From Rhynchobatus australiae (taxonomy: Eukaryota), in the NCBI GenBank assembly GCA_034780895.1, contig JAUZTB010000064.1, positions 60,746,570 through 60,810,569 of the forward strand: a DNA stretch of 64,000 nucleotides, read 5' to 3'. Positions within the stretch are counted from its first letter, which is position 1. Every line of letters starts with the position of its first letter. The notes beneath the pieces were generated by a model that saw nothing but the letters and a program-made list of their open reading frames with translations, had not been told where the DNA came from and did no database searches. The position numbers and the translations under genes are program-made. Shown one piece after another: positions 28,450-41,667 of this stretch.

Positions 28450-28950
28450 AGCAAGGACTCTAGTGGCTAAAGTAAGAGCAATTGTGCAGCTAAAGGGATC
28501 TGTACCACAAATCTAAAAAGGCATAGAAATAGGTAAATATATGCAGATCCTTGGTGACTGGGACAAATAAGTGGCAAAGTGATGGAACGGTGATAAAAAC
28601 TACAAAACAAAAGAATGAAAAGAAACTTCTAAAAATATAAAATTCAACACAAACAATTAGGAAAAGGTGGGTGATCAAGGGCAATGTTTGCCCAATAAAA
28701 ACTGATAAGTGATAATTGAAAATAAGAAAGTATTGAGCATGTCACATTGTTTGTCTGCAGCAGTATTATAGTAGAAGTAAAGAGGGAAGTCCCAGAACTT
28801 GAGGTAATTAATTTTAAATTGAGAATAGGAAATATGCTAAAATTAGGGTACTAAAAAGTGATAAATTCTCAGGATGAAATGTTTTCCATCCCAGAGATTT
28901 AAAGGATGTAGGTAAGAATATTAAAGGTGCCCTTGCTATAACATTGGAAA
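28450..28950 (+). mobile_element. Degenerate CR1 LINE fragment
   Basis: aaaagtgataaattctcagga...ttccatcccagagatttaaagga resembles the CR1 KS.G.D..HPR.LK region. Confidence 0.5.
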
Positions 28951-29899
28951 TGAAACACACAGATTACTGGAAATACTCAGCAGTTAGATAGCGTCTGTTG
29001 AGAGAGGGACGAATTATTGGCACAGCCCTTTTGTTGCCCGTTTGCTTCTGCCTGCCCTGGGCCACACTACTTATTGCTGGGTGCCGTCTGTCATAGCTCA
29101 GCACGCACAAGCTGACTCATCCCAAGCAGTCAGCTGGACCCACAAAACCACTTCAACAGCCACTGATTCTCTATTCATTCAGATCCATTGGCTTTCAAAC
29201 TTGTCGATGCAATTGGATCATTGAATGTTTGTAAATGCCTTTAACATTTGCATTCCATAACACTCAAGACACAAAAATAGTTTAATTANNNNNNNNNNNN
29301 NNNNNNNNNNNNNNNNNNNNNNNNNNNNNNNNNNNNNNNNNNNNNNNNNNNNNNNNNNNNNNNNNNNNNNNNNNNNNNNNNNNNNNNNTATGTTGTACAT
29401 TTAAAAATATATCCTCCCACAAATTCAGCTGAAATCATTGAACTTGTATAAAATCATATTTAATTATCTTCAGGGGTCAATGTGTTCCTTTCAGTTGAAT
29501 GAACTGCCAGATTTAAACCAACATGGGCTCAGGAGGCAGATTTCCCAGCCTTCAGGCTGGAAGGCCTGTGTACTCAGAGGGATCTACCAGAGTAACATAG
29601 TGTCTGGAAAGAAGGTGCTACCACAATTACCAATACTGAACAAACAGGACTTCTGCAAGGAAGTTAGAGATGGAAGTGCGCTGGCAATGCGACTGAGGAT
29701 CTAACTCATTGCTTCAGGTTAATTAACGTTCAGCAGAACTGGGAAAGTTAGAGCAAAATGTTTTAAGAAATTGTTGGTTGATCAAGGAGAGCCATTGCTG
29801 GTTTGATAAGGGGGAAAGACCTGATGGAATTCTTTTTTGAAGGGGAGGCTGAAATACTGGTCAGGGGAATGTTTCTGGGTGTTATACAAGGCATTGTAG

Positions 29900-31020
29900 A
29901 TGATAAAAACAGAAAATGCTGGAGATACTCAGCAGGTCAGAAAGCATTTGCTTCTATATTTAATCAGAACTGGAAATGTGTGAAAACAAGTGTTTTACAT
30001 TGCAGAGAGGGGGAGGAGTGGAGTGAGCAAAGGGAATGTCTGCAATATGGTGGAGATCAAGATTGCCCAGGTGATGAATGCTTGTAAATAGCAGCTGATC
30101 CATCTGGAGGGGTGCATGTAGGGGAAGATGAATGAGGGCAGTAGAGAGAAGAAAAACAGCACTAGAACCATGAGATGTATAACAGTCATTGCTGGAAATT
30201 TGAAGTACAAGAGAATGCTGAATATACTCAACAGGTCAGGTAGGGCTTGTTGAGGGAGGGAACCTCAGTTAATGTGACAGGTGAATAACCTTACATGGGA
30301 AGTCACCAGTTCTGAAACAAACAGGAAAGGCTAGTAATGCAACATTGCTGGCTGCAGGACTCAACACTGAATTCAACAATGTGCCTAGATAGAAAATGGG
30401 GTGCTGGAATTTCTGTTGGTCCTCAGAACAGTTTAAGAAGCCAAAGACAGATGCCAGAGTGAGAGTGGATGGAGAATTAAAAGTTACAGGCATCTGGAAG
30501 CACATTGTCACCCAGTCTACGTTAGGGTTCCCCAACATAGAGGAAACCATATGTTGAGCATTGAATGCAATATGCTAAATTGTGCAAGTGAATCGCTGCT
30601 TCACTTGTAAGAGACCCTGTATGATGGGAGAGATGAGGTAAAGGGTCAGCTGTTGCATCTTCTGCAGTTGCATGTGAAAATACAATGAGAAGGGAAGTGG
30701 TTGGTGGAGATGGAAGAACAAACCATGGAGTCACATGTGGATAGAATGGGGGTGGGAGGATGCAACTGATGGTAGAATCATGTTGACTCGACAGAATATA
30801 GAGGCTGATGGGATGGAACCCAAAGGCAAGGGAACCCTACCCTTGCTGTGATTGGGAGAAGGGGCAAGTAGAGAGGATGTGTTTGAGAGCCCTTTTAACT
30901 ATACTAGAGGGAAGGCCGCAGTTAGGAAGAAGACATCTCAGGAGCATTGGAGTGGAAAGTGTCATCATCAGAACAACCAACATAACCAGAGGAACTGGGA
31001 GAATGGAATGGAAAATGTGA
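29900..31020 (-). mobile_element. Penelope-like element remnant with GIY-YIG endonuclease trace
   Basis: ORF 30522-30734(-) ends NLAYCIQCSTYGFLYVGEP, the PLE GIY-YIG signature (N..Y.I.C..C...Y.GET). The terminal module aaaatgctggagatactcagcaggtcag is adjacent. Confidence 0.7.
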
Positions 31021-31029
31021 ACATCCAGA

Positions 31030-31260
31030 AGGCATTTCCTTCATAAGAGACTTTGCTGAAGTCAAAGCTTGGAGAAATTTATTGACCTGGCCAGAAAATT
31101 GGCTGACAGGAGACAAAGCAGAAATAATGCGCAGGTGTTTAAAGTGGCAGGATGCAAGTAGACTGACCTGCAGGAAATTGTACAGGGGCTCCAATTATTT
31201 TCAGCATTTATAAATGACTTAGATGGGATAGAAAGCCACGTATTCAAAAGATGCTAATGG
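31030..31260 (+). mobile_element. CR1 LINE RT fragment
   Basis: ccagaaggcattt...gaaaattggctgacagg...ttataaatgacttagatg. Confidence 0.6.
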
Positions 31261-33364
31261 AACAAGTGGACAAAACTATAGCAAAAGGATTTCAATATAA
31301 ATTAATTTCTACCGTTAGTACCACTTCTACCACCACTGCACCCAGGCACTGATGTGTCCTCAACCACCAACTCTCACTGCTGACATCCTGATAGAAAATT
31401 ATTAGAATCAGGAATACAAAATAATCGATGTGAAAATCGCGACTATCCCTTTGCTACCACAGATGCTGCTTGACCAGCTGAGTTCCCCCAGCAGTTTGTT
31501 TTTTTTAAACTAAATAATCAATGTGAAAATCAAAAGCTGTAAGCAAATATTTGGATTTTCACACTGACTATGTTGTGATATTCTTCAAACATTCGACAGT
31601 AATCCTACAAAGAGCCCTTTTAGAGCACACTTCAAATTCTAGACTGGAATACCCAAATTACAAAATAGATATTGGAACAAAAAGAATGCATTAAAACACA
31701 ATACTGTTCATCAATGGAAAAGTTAAAACTACTTAAAATTGAGGCATATGATAAAGCAAAGGAGTGCCGAAAGAGAGGTATTTAGGCTGTCCAGCCTTCA
31801 ACAATATTCAGTAATTTCATGGTTGATATGTATTATAACCCATAAAAAAAACTTTATTATTGTTAACTATATGTATTTTCAACCTAAAAATTAACAATTG
31901 TTATAATGTCAAAAACACTTTGTGAAAGAGACATCCAAACTTGTACCACCTATGTGTAGCAGTGTATCCTAACTTAACATCTGAAAGACCAGTTTGTGCC
32001 CAAAGGTCATTAAAAATAGCAAACTACCCCCATTAATAAGTCATTAGGCTTTTACAGTTTGGCCACTTTCATCTTATGAAATTCAGTTTTCTAANNNNNN
32101 NNNNNNNNNNNNNNNNNNNNNNNNNNNNNNNNNNNNNNNNNNNNNNNNNNNNNNNNNNNNNNNNNNNNNNNNNNNNNNNNNNNNNNNNNNNNNNTTAGGC
32201 TTTTACAGTGTGGCCACTTTCAGCTTATGAAATTCAGTTTTCTAAAATGAGATTTAAACTCAACACATCCCATTTGCCAATCTAATACTGCAAGCACTGC
32301 TGGCTGATTCATTATTCAAGGATATCATTCTTTGCACATATCTGCATCCCTGCACCATAGTAATTGTCAATGAAATACACTGCTTGGATTAAACAAAGTA
32401 CTTAATCTTAATTCTGCCTTCAGACCTCTGACTTTACAGAGGGAAGGTCATTCATTAAAATTAGTGAGAGTGATTAAGTCTAGCCCACTGCCCCGAGAAA
32501 CTCCTGCAGCAATGCCATGGAATTGAGATGATTGATCTCCAATATCCTATCATCTTTTGTGTATAGATATAATTCAGCCAGTGAGAAGTTTATTTGATTA
32601 CCATCAACTTCAAAGTGGGTATTCTGTGAAGTGATTCACATCCCCAATTTCCACAAAACCTTTTCATTGTCTATAGCGTGCTATTCTCCACTTCCTTAAA
32701 TATTTTATTGAAGCTATACCCATTCAAGTTCAAAAACATTCAAGAAATTTAATAATGTTTAAAGTAAGGCAGCTCACTTGATTGACCCCCTTTCACCACT
32801 GGAACACCTTGTCTGCAATTGTACACTCTAGCAACATGCCAAGTTTTTCTGGGTAGTACCCTGCAAAGTTATGATCTGGATTACAACAGAAAGATAAGGA
32901 CAGTAGGCACATCAAGACACCACCTCTTGCAGGGTACCTCTGTCTCACATTATCCACAGTTGGAAATAAATCACCAATCCTTAATCAGCACTGAAAAACT
33001 ATTCCAGAACACCCTACCTAAGAGCACATACACTACAGCAATTCAAGATTTTCTGACCACCAACTTCTTTAAGAGGAAATAGGAATGAGAAATAAATACT
33101 AGCCTTCTCAGAAACACATCACAATAATAGAGATAAATTTAAAATGTGTGCATCATGTTTTGTTCTTCAATTACTTANNNNNNNNNNNNNNNNNNNNNNN
33201 NNNNNNNNNNNNNNNNNNNNNNNNNNNNNNNNNNNNNNNNNNNNNNNNNNNNNNNNNNNNNNNNNNNNNNNNNNNNNACTTAACAAAGTACATACCATGT
33301 AGGTGCTTTAGGAGAACTATGTGAGAGTCTGTTTTCATGCACATCTTTTTTTTAAAATATAAAG

Positions 33365-33549
33365 GTGATAAATATGTCTGAGGAACTAGCCTTGTTGGAA
33401 GCCAGTCTGAAAGAAGCAGAAGGCATGAGTGATGAAGTTGAAGTCCCTGAAACCCTGCAAGCATGCACAGAGACTGCCATTCAATCTCTCATTGAATCTT
33501 TGAGGAACAAGGAATTTCCTTCTGCACTTGCTCAAGTCAAGGCATTCAG
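33365..33549 (+). CDS. FRYL: FRYL penultimate exon
   Basis: aag acceptor, ag|gtaaca donor (phase 2). VINMSEELALLEASLKEAE...ETAIQSLIESLRNKEFPSALAQVKAFR. Confidence 0.93.
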
Positions 33550-34633
33550 GTAACACATGACTATTTTGTTCAATAAATGTTAGGAGGAATCCAGATCCCA
33601 TTTTTTGTTATGGAATTAACTCATTTCCAAAGGTTAGCAGGCAAACAAATGAATTCTAGAGTTACATTATGAACAATGCAACATGATTTGACAAATTAAT
33701 GCAACTTTCATGCAATTTTCTTTAGAAGTCCTAAATGTGAAAGTAATAAAGTGCAGTTGATGTCTAATTTCTGCACGATAAGAGCACCAGCTTACTTACT
33801 CCATCAATATTCATGATAGATTTTAGGCTTGCAATTGAAAAATCTGGAACGTTACTCAAAGGATTTTTACTTCTGAATGAATTTTCTCTCACGCTTAAGC
33901 AGCCTTTACTTACAAGGAACCTGACTACATTGTGGGGAAAATCCCAATATTAATGTACATGGGGAAGCATGGACTAGAAAGTCTTTGACCATGTAAGCCT
34001 CCCCTTTCCTCCTAATTTGTATAATCTACCTAGCTGCAGATTTGCTGAATATCCTTTTCATAAATAATTTCCCACCCAGTTATCAAAGCTGATGCAAGCT
34101 AATTTCAAATGATCAATTCCTTGACCAAACTTTGCTGACTTCTTTCTGAGGTTAGTTGTTTCATTGCCATCACCAAGAGGATCAATATGCCAAAATCTGC
34201 TAGAATCTTGGATCATAAGCAACTAGCCTGCCACAAGCATTAGTTTCATGGGCGTCTTAATTCTTGAATGTAATACAACTAAAATGAATACCAAACTGGG
34301 TACCCTACTAGACTCATGACACTGTGACCAAAGTTTTTTTCCTTGTGTTAAACTATAATACATTAATACAACATCTTGCTGATTTTACAAACTGACTTTA
34401 CATCCTAAATGTTTACAAATACTTGATGATATGAAGATGAAATAAAAACTGCAGATTCTGGAAATTTAAAATGGAAACAGAAAATGTTAGAGATACTCAG
34501 GAGGTCAGACAGCACCTGCGGGAGACCTGCTCAGTATTTCCAGCAGTTTGATTTTAATCTTGATAAGATCTACTTAAATTGGTAAGCAGTTGTTACGTTT
34601 GCAATTATTTTAAAAACTATAATGAAGATTTAG

Positions 34634-34963
<330 letters not shown>

Positions 34964-37900
34964 TCTACAGCAGTAACTTAATATTTACACATTGCATTAA
35001 GATATGTTATGAATATTAACCATATCCCCCCCTCACATCAGCTTCAATTTGTTTTGAACACTCACCAGGTTGTATCTATTTATAGAAACAGTCAGACATA
35101 TAAAGAACCAGATGTTAAACAGGGGATAAGTGGAAAAAAAAGTGGGCAGTAGCTGCACACAATTAACAGCAGTATGGGGCAAGTCACTCTAGGTGCACAA
35201 AATAAGGATTGACTGTGCAATCATTAAGACATGGTCTATTGCACTTGTATTGCAGCCATATTGAAAGCAAAAGGCATGGAAGGGCACATATTCTTCTTTT
35301 TCTGAAGACGAGCCAGCTCCCATATAATAATGTATAATAGTAACATTCAGGCTCTCTGCAGCAGGTGGAATGATGCTAAAAATCATCTAGGAAATGGCTT
35401 TAGGCTGAATAACCTGCAAGGCTTCAAAGCAACACATGGCAACGTCAGCTTTCAGTGTCTGGACGAAAACAGGTTAAACCCCTCGGACAGAATTTCATGC
35501 CACGTTCCCTGGGGCAAAGGATTGTATGCAAGAGGTTAACTTGATTTGACATTGACTGCAGGCTTTAGCATAAAGTGTTAATAGTTCATAAGGTCTCTCA
35601 GAGCATGTCTGAAAACTTTTTTTAAGAAATTTATTTTGTATTAGAATTAACATGATCCATGGTATGCTGTAGAAAATCTTATAGAAAGTTGGGATACCAA
35701 GCTGAGTTTTACTCAGCAATGTAAAACTAATACTGCATCTGTTATTTTGTTTACTGTTCAGTGGACATTAGATGTTCTCTGCTCAGTAGTTATGTTACAA
35801 GTACTGATGGTATATAACCAAAAATGCGCCTGTAGGGACTTAACCAAGTGGCAACAGAAAAAGTGCTGCATCCTAGCTATTTTCATTAGGAGAATTCACC
35901 TAAGTTATTCTACTCTGTAAATATTTTAGACTTGTATAGTGTAAAAAAAAGTACTTCCTTGTATATTTGTGCATTGCACTGTTGAGAATAGGTGTATAAA
36001 ACTAATGCAAAACAAAATACTTAAGTACTGGTAATGAGTCTTTATCTGCTGCCTCTCCAGTCTGAATTTAGATAAACCAGAGAGCAAATAATATTCTGTC
36101 TACTCATCTGTCTCCCGTGGATTTTGAACTTCGGGACCATCCTTTGCTGCATTATTGGGAAAGACAAGACTGAATACACAACATTAGTGATACTCAAGGA
36201 CGAATGCTGAAACTTTCCAGCTTTTGAAATAAGTGAGATTGTTCACAGCAGTGGTGTTCTGTGGGGAAAGAAATTGAATGTAAATTCACCCATTGATGGT
36301 GTACTGCCTCTGTTTGCTGGGAATGACCCTGCTTATTATATGCATCTATCCTATCCACTGTGATTTTTATTGGGCTCCATATCATGGAGCATAGAATGTA
36401 CTGTTCAATTTTAGCTTTTTGCCTTCTGAGAAAGTGAACTGTAGACCAGGCATACTTGTAATGAATTGTATGAGTTTAAAGGCACTGTGCATGCTATCAG
36501 ACTGCAAACAGTAGTTAAGATAATTTAAGGCTCTGTAACCAGTCATAGCAAATTAACAAATCACTGTAATCATTCTTCAACAATGATAAATTATTTTGTT
36601 GGCAGTTTGGTACTATGACTCTAAATATTTAATGGGGAAACCAGTTTGTCCATTTTAAATCTTAAGCAATTTTAATACATTTATGATTTTGTTGATAGTT
36701 TTAGAACAGCCCATATTTGTAATATGCTTGAATAAGCAAAAGCTAACCACTGAATAAGATTATTGGACTCTATTTAGCACTTCAATATGCTTACCCCACT
36801 GAACTCAAGGGGACAAATAAGAATGCAGATAGAAAACATGAACCTTTTATCCCCTCACTCTCCCACTGGATATTAAGTCTTTGAAGTACTTAACTGCTAC
36901 ATCACCACACCAGACAGCTGAACCAAGAACTTAACACTTGGTCTACCTATTTTTTCTTAGGTATCTCATTTTGGAGATTAAACATTTCCAAATGTAATCT
37001 TCCTTCATGAACTATGCACAGTGCAAGAACTATGTGACCAAGGTTATGTCTGGAATTTGGTTGATAACCAATTAAGGGGAGCAAGACTAAAAAAAAAAAT
37101 CTAGTCCAAGCTTTCTTGGGGCAAGAGAGTACAAGACAGACAAAGGAAATAATTCAAAGNNNNNNNNNNNNNNNNNNNNNNNNNNNNNNNNNNNNNNNNN
37201 NNNNNNNNNNNNNNNNNNNNNNNNNNNNNNNNNNNNNNNNNNNNNNNNNNNNNNNNNNNNNNNNNNNNNNNNNNNNNNNNNNNNNNNNNNNNNNNNNNNN
37301 NNNNNNNNNNNNNNNNNNNNNNNNNNNNNNNNNNNNNNNNNNNNNNNNNNGTTGATTAAGGGCTTTTAGACATGAACATTTCCAAATGTAGTGTTCCTTC
37401 ATAGGGTGTGAACTATGTACGTTGAATTGCAATTTGGATTTCTATAGTGCAAACCATTTAGTAATAGTACGAGCTTCAGTGAAACTAAGGCTTTTGGCAA
37501 AAGTAAGATGGCCTTGAGATTTATACTGGAAGCAGGTGGCTGCAGGTACTAGAATGTGGAGCCAAAAAAGTGCTGGAAGAATGCACAAGTCCATGGAGGC
37601 CAAGGAACGGTTAATGTTTCAGATGAAGATTTCCTGCGTCAAGAGAAACTATACCAATCACATGCAGTCCTGGATGAGATTCGTTTTTAATGTTTCAATT
37701 TAAAATGTCAAGATTTGGAAATAGGCAAGGCATTTGTTTCCTTGTACATCAAAGGCAGATTCATCTACTGCTCCCGCCATGCACCTGTTCCTATTTACAC
37801 CAAATGCACCCTTGACCACCCACATGGCTGAATGAAGGAAGTTATTCTGCCAGTGCTCAATCGTGTTTTGAAGTTTCCCAGCTTAGAATGATTCAGTAAT

Positions 37901-37980
37901 GGATTAGTTTCAAAATTTATAAACAATGGTATACTTTTACCTAGTTAAGCAATAATAAAATCACTAAATGGACAATCCTG
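34964..37980 (+). other. Probable FRYL 3' UTR (end uncertain)
   Basis: AT-rich and repeat-poor until ~37540. TGTAAATA (Pumilio element) at 35916-35923; candidate AATAAA at 37954-37959. Confidence 0.4.
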
Positions 37981-38019
37981 AAAGGGTAGTAGTGAATTCA
38001 ACAATATGGAAAAAAAACA

Positions 38020-38960
38020 AAACTGCTGCGACTGGAAATCTGAAATAAAAAAACGCTAGAAACATTCAGCACCTGTTGAAAGAAAGTTAATGTTCCAGGT
38101 TAAAGACATTTGTCAGAACTGGGGAAGAGAAAACTAGTTAATTGTTTCGAATAGCAGATGATGGCAAGGGACAAATCATGTAAAGGGGATGTCCGATAGG
38201 CTGAGAACAGCGTGGCCGCAGAGAATACCTAGTTAATAGATTAGAGGGCAGTCAGAGCAAAAGCAAAGAAACATGAACAGTTCCAAGCAGTTTTAGACAA
38301 TGCATAGGTAGGCGCAGTTAGTGGAGAGAGAAACTGAGCCCGTGTTACACATGGGTGATGTACAGCAAAATTCACTAGTCCTGATACAGTTAGAACATTA
38401 CAGGCCCTTCTGCCCACGATGGTGGGCCGACATTTTATCCTGTTCTAACTTCTATCCAACCCACATAGCCCTCCATTTCTCCATCATTCATGTCATCACT
38501 TGTTTTATTCAATATCGAGTGCCGAAGACAGCAGTGCACCCAGCTAAAGGCACCACCATTCAAGCTTTTATTGGCCTTGGTACAATAGTGCAGGAAGCCA
38601 CAAACAGGCTAGTATGGCGAAGAATTAAAGTGACAGGAAACAGGGTCAGCCCTGCAAAGTTAATGGGCAACAACTTTACGGAGCACTTGCAATCTGCCCT
38701 TAGTTTCTCTAATATACAGGAGACTGCACTGAGCACGGAATTCAGTACACTAGATTGGAAGTGCAAGCGAATGACCTCACCTGGAGGAGCTGCAAATTCC
38801 TGATTGGTGGCAAGTGAAGTGCATGTGTTGCAACTGCAGCAGTTAGGTGCTGCAAGGCGGCAAGTGGTCGGAGACAGAAGAGCAAACCAGGGTGTCAAAG
38901 AAGAGTTCCCGTGGGGTGGGGAAAGAGAAAGGAGGGCGTGTCAGCTGCTAGAATAGGCAA
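38020..38960 (-). mobile_element. Penelope-like element remnant
   Basis: Terminal module and degenerate hammerhead-like motif at ~38025-38125. Minus-strand GIY-YIG trace (FTCTSNLVY..., ttcgcttgcacttccaatctagtgtactg) at ~38680-38780. Confidence 0.55.
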
Positions 38961-39378
38961 ACGATGAATCGTTGAATGCGAAGGCTTGAGGAGAATCTTG
39001 TTTCAACGGCTGGATTCGGCCTCTGCCTCCAACTAAATCCGGTATTCGGTCCATAGACTCCGCCAAAGACAATTCACGCCGGGACAGTGGACTTAAATTG
39101 TCCTAATGACCTGAAAGCAGCCAACAAGGCGGACCAAAATCTTGGACAGATTAGAATTTGACTACCAATAATTGATGTGCTAACAGGCGAATTAGGAGAG
39201 TGTCAAATACAGAATCTGAAACTTCAAATAATGGAAACCAGAAACTGATGTTTTAGTTAAACTTGATCCAAGCCTATCCTAGGAATTCATTGGGGTGGAT
39301 TAGTCTCCAGCCATAAACTGCTTTTAAGAGAATGCTGATATCAAGAAGTAGCAAGAGGAAAATATGCTTTTTACACGC

Positions 39379-39384
39379 TTTATT
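39379..39384 (-). terminator. Candidate ZAR1 poly(A) signal AATAAA
   Basis: tttatt on +, ~83 nt past the ZAR1 stop codon. Confidence 0.6.
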
Positions 39385-39466
39385 TTCGTCATTTCTAAAC
39401 CAAAACCAATACTTCCTGCATGCCATTAACTTGAGTCCTAGCAGGAAACCAACCCTACCATCGAAA

Positions 39467-39610
39467 TCAAATGATGTATTTGAAGCTGAAAGTACTGTCA
39501 CACGAGAGCCGTTTGCCCTTGCACCTGCCACACAGATCCTGACGATGTGGTCTCTTTGGGTCAACGTGGCGCATTTTGATGGGACAGGTGCATCTTGTCT
39601 GTTTGCAGGT
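39467..39610 (-). CDS. ZAR1: ZAR1 exon 4 (zinc-binding C-terminus, stop)
   Basis: ccag acceptor. TCKQTRCTCPIKMRHVDPKRPHRQDLCGRCKGKRLSCDSTFSFKYII*, the canonical ZAR1 C-terminus. Confidence 0.96.
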   Translation of the reverse strand, partial: TCKQTRCTCPIKMRHVDPKRPHRQDLCGRCKGKRLSCDSTFSFKYII

Positions 39611-39709
39611 CTGGTGGGGGGGTAGGAAAAAAAAACATGTCTCACTGCAGGCTGCTGGATACTCTTCAGTGAACGTCTACAGCGGCCGTCTGCTTCCTGC
39701 GCTACTTAC

Positions 39710-39784
39710 TTGACAGGTGATGTCCTCGACCCGGTAAGGGTTGTACGCCTTTTCGCAGGTTCTGCAAAACTGCTTGAAGTAGAC
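39710..39784 (-). CDS. ZAR1: ZAR1 exon 3
   Basis: acag acceptor, caa|gtaagt donor. VYFKQFCRTCEKAYNPYRVEDITCQ. Confidence 0.96.
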
Positions 39785-39860
39785 CTGTGGGGCGAGGGGA
39801 TTCGTGAAACAAACTATTCAAGAGCAGCTGGATACACGAATGCGTTTGTTTTATACTTGC

Positions 39861-39953
39861 CTTGCTAGTGCCTTGTACACACCAGACATAAGCACTCTCC
39901 CAACGAGCATTGCAGTCCTTGCAGTGGAAGTAGCCGTACTTCTGTTCCAAGAA
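39861..39953 (-). CDS. ZAR1: ZAR1 exon 2 (GC donor)
   Basis: tttag acceptor. FLEQKYGYFHCKDCNARWESAYVWCVQGTSK, followed by aag|GCAAGT. Confidence 0.94.
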
Positions 39954-40162
39954 CTAAAGCAAGTAGTAAGAACATCTTATGATTCAACGATCCATGTTTA
40001 AAAAGTACCTGCCTTCTCCTCTTACCACCACCACCCCCGGCTTTGTTTAATGGCCAGTGGTGAATAAAGTCTTCGGGTTTAAAAAGCTACACAGGAACCG
40101 GGAGAGCAAGTCTTATTGCTGGTACTTCAACCCCGAAGGAGTCCCCACAAACTTCCTGGAGA

Positions 40163-40320
40163 AACATCTGCTGGAGGAACTCAACGGATAAAGCAGCAGC
40201 TGGGCATTAGGGTCTCGACCCGAAGAGGCGAGGATTTCTTTCCTCCCCTCAAGTGCTGCTCGACCCACCGAGTTCCTCCGGCAGATGGTTTGCAGCTCAA
40301 GATTCCAGCCCCTGCAGTGC
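40163..40320. repeat. Short hairpin-like (inverted-arm) repeat of the Penelope-terminal family in ZAR1 intron 1
   Basis: tctgctggaggaactcaacgg..agcagc pairs with gctgctcgacccaccgagttcctccggcaga. Similar copies at ~51600-51720 and ~53480-53615. Confidence 0.75.
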
Positions 40321-40798
40321 GTGTCCTCCTCACGGCAACGCCTCGCTCCTAGCCTGCGGTGGAAGGTCTACGCACAAAGTGCGTGCTCGGCACTTGAACT
40401 GTTTCCATATTCCGCAGTCAACTCCATTGACACCGAAAGTAAACCTCGATTTGAAGCAGCCCACCATCAAACGGTGGTGGATTATCGTGCACTAGATGAC
40501 CCTCCCTCACCAGTGCCTTGCAGTCAATTACTACAATAACTGGAATTTCATAGACTTCCCGCTAGAAAGCGGAGCCATCGTTAGCATCCAGATATTAACG
40601 AATAAGATTTCCTATCCCTTTACACCCCGCTTGCGCCTCTTTTCAGATACGCTGGAGATTCATTGTGCTCCAGACCATCTGAGCTGCTTCTAGCAGCACG
40701 GGTAATTCCCGGCTTGTGTACTCGCCGGTAGTAAAGCAGCGGACGTTATTTTCGTTTGTTTCTCGGACGGAGGGAAGGTTTTTAAGTAAGATTCTCAC

Positions 40799-41512
40799 CT
40801 GAAATCTTAGCCGCTTCTCACTTTTGGCGGCGTTGTCGAGCGGATCTTCTGCCTTTTGTTCCTTCTCAGTGCTCTCAGTACTCAGCCCACCCGGGACGGT
40901 GGAGACCTCCTCCCCCGGAGCCTGCACCGGCTCGGATGTGCTCTCCTGCTCCCTCCCGTTCTCCTTCACTCCGGATTCTCTCTCCTCTTCCTCCGGGGGA
41001 GGTTCTTTCTGTGGCTCTTCGGAAACGGGTTTCCTGGTGTCCTGGTCGCCTCTGTAGATGAATGTGTTTAGGTTGGGAGACACGATAGGAGAGTAGATTG
41101 CCATGGTCCTTCGGAACCGAACGTTCTTGGGCATACTCGCCGGACTGCCTTGGACCTGGTTTTGCGGAGCTCGGCGCCTGAAGGCTGCTCCCCTGCGGGG
41201 TGTCATCGTCAACGTCCTCGGACCCAAAGAACATTGTACAGACGCGTCAACTTTAGGGTTTACCTGCACGCCAATGTCCTTGGTGTTGGCTTTTCTCACT
41301 CTTGGAGTTAGGTTTGGGTTCACCTGAGACAGTATGGCTTTGAGTTGAGCTCGTTGATAGTTGTCAAAATATTCGGTAGGGTCCCCATAGTTGTTTAAGT
41401 AATGTCTCTGCCTCCAACTGGAACCTTTTGGTCGGTTACTCAAGTATTGGTAAGAATAAGGATTATACGGTGAGTAAATATAATCAAACGCATCTTCGCC
41501 TAAGGTAGCCAT
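40799..41512 (-). CDS. ZAR1: ZAR1 (zygote arrest 1) exon 1; full protein 341 aa
   Basis: ATG in attATGG context. MATLGEDAFDY...RAQLKAILSQVNPNLTPR...DIGVQVNPKVDASVQCSLGPRTL...RLRFQ, then cag|gtgaga donor. Syntenic between SLC10A4 and FRYL as in mammals. Confidence 0.95.
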
Positions 41513-41546
41513 AATCTTAGGCAGTCCTAGGCAAAGCCTTGCATTA

Positions 41547-41667
41547 TTTAAATAGTCCACTCAATTACAAGGCTGTTTCTGATTGATTCAGACAATTCCT
41601 TTAACAAGCTGCTCTCACGGTTTTGAGGCAACTTTATTAGCAACGTGTGAACAAAACATTGCAATTA
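41547..41667 (-). promoter_or_regulatory. ZAR1 core promoter: TATTTAAA box plus two TAATTG homeodomain (NOBOX-type) sites
   Basis: TATTTAAA at 41554-41547; TAATTG at 41567-41562 and 41667-41662. Motif match only. Confidence 0.45.

Noticed and set aside
32044-32245. ~50-bp direct repeat flanking a 100-N gap
   Set aside because: Contig-end overlap with two mismatches (likely two haplotypes); assembly artefact.
41513-41560. N-terminal extension of ZAR1 (MDYLNNARL...) in the ORF track
   Set aside because: Starts at GTG and overlaps the TATA-like box; the ATG at 41512 fits the ZAR1 N-terminus.
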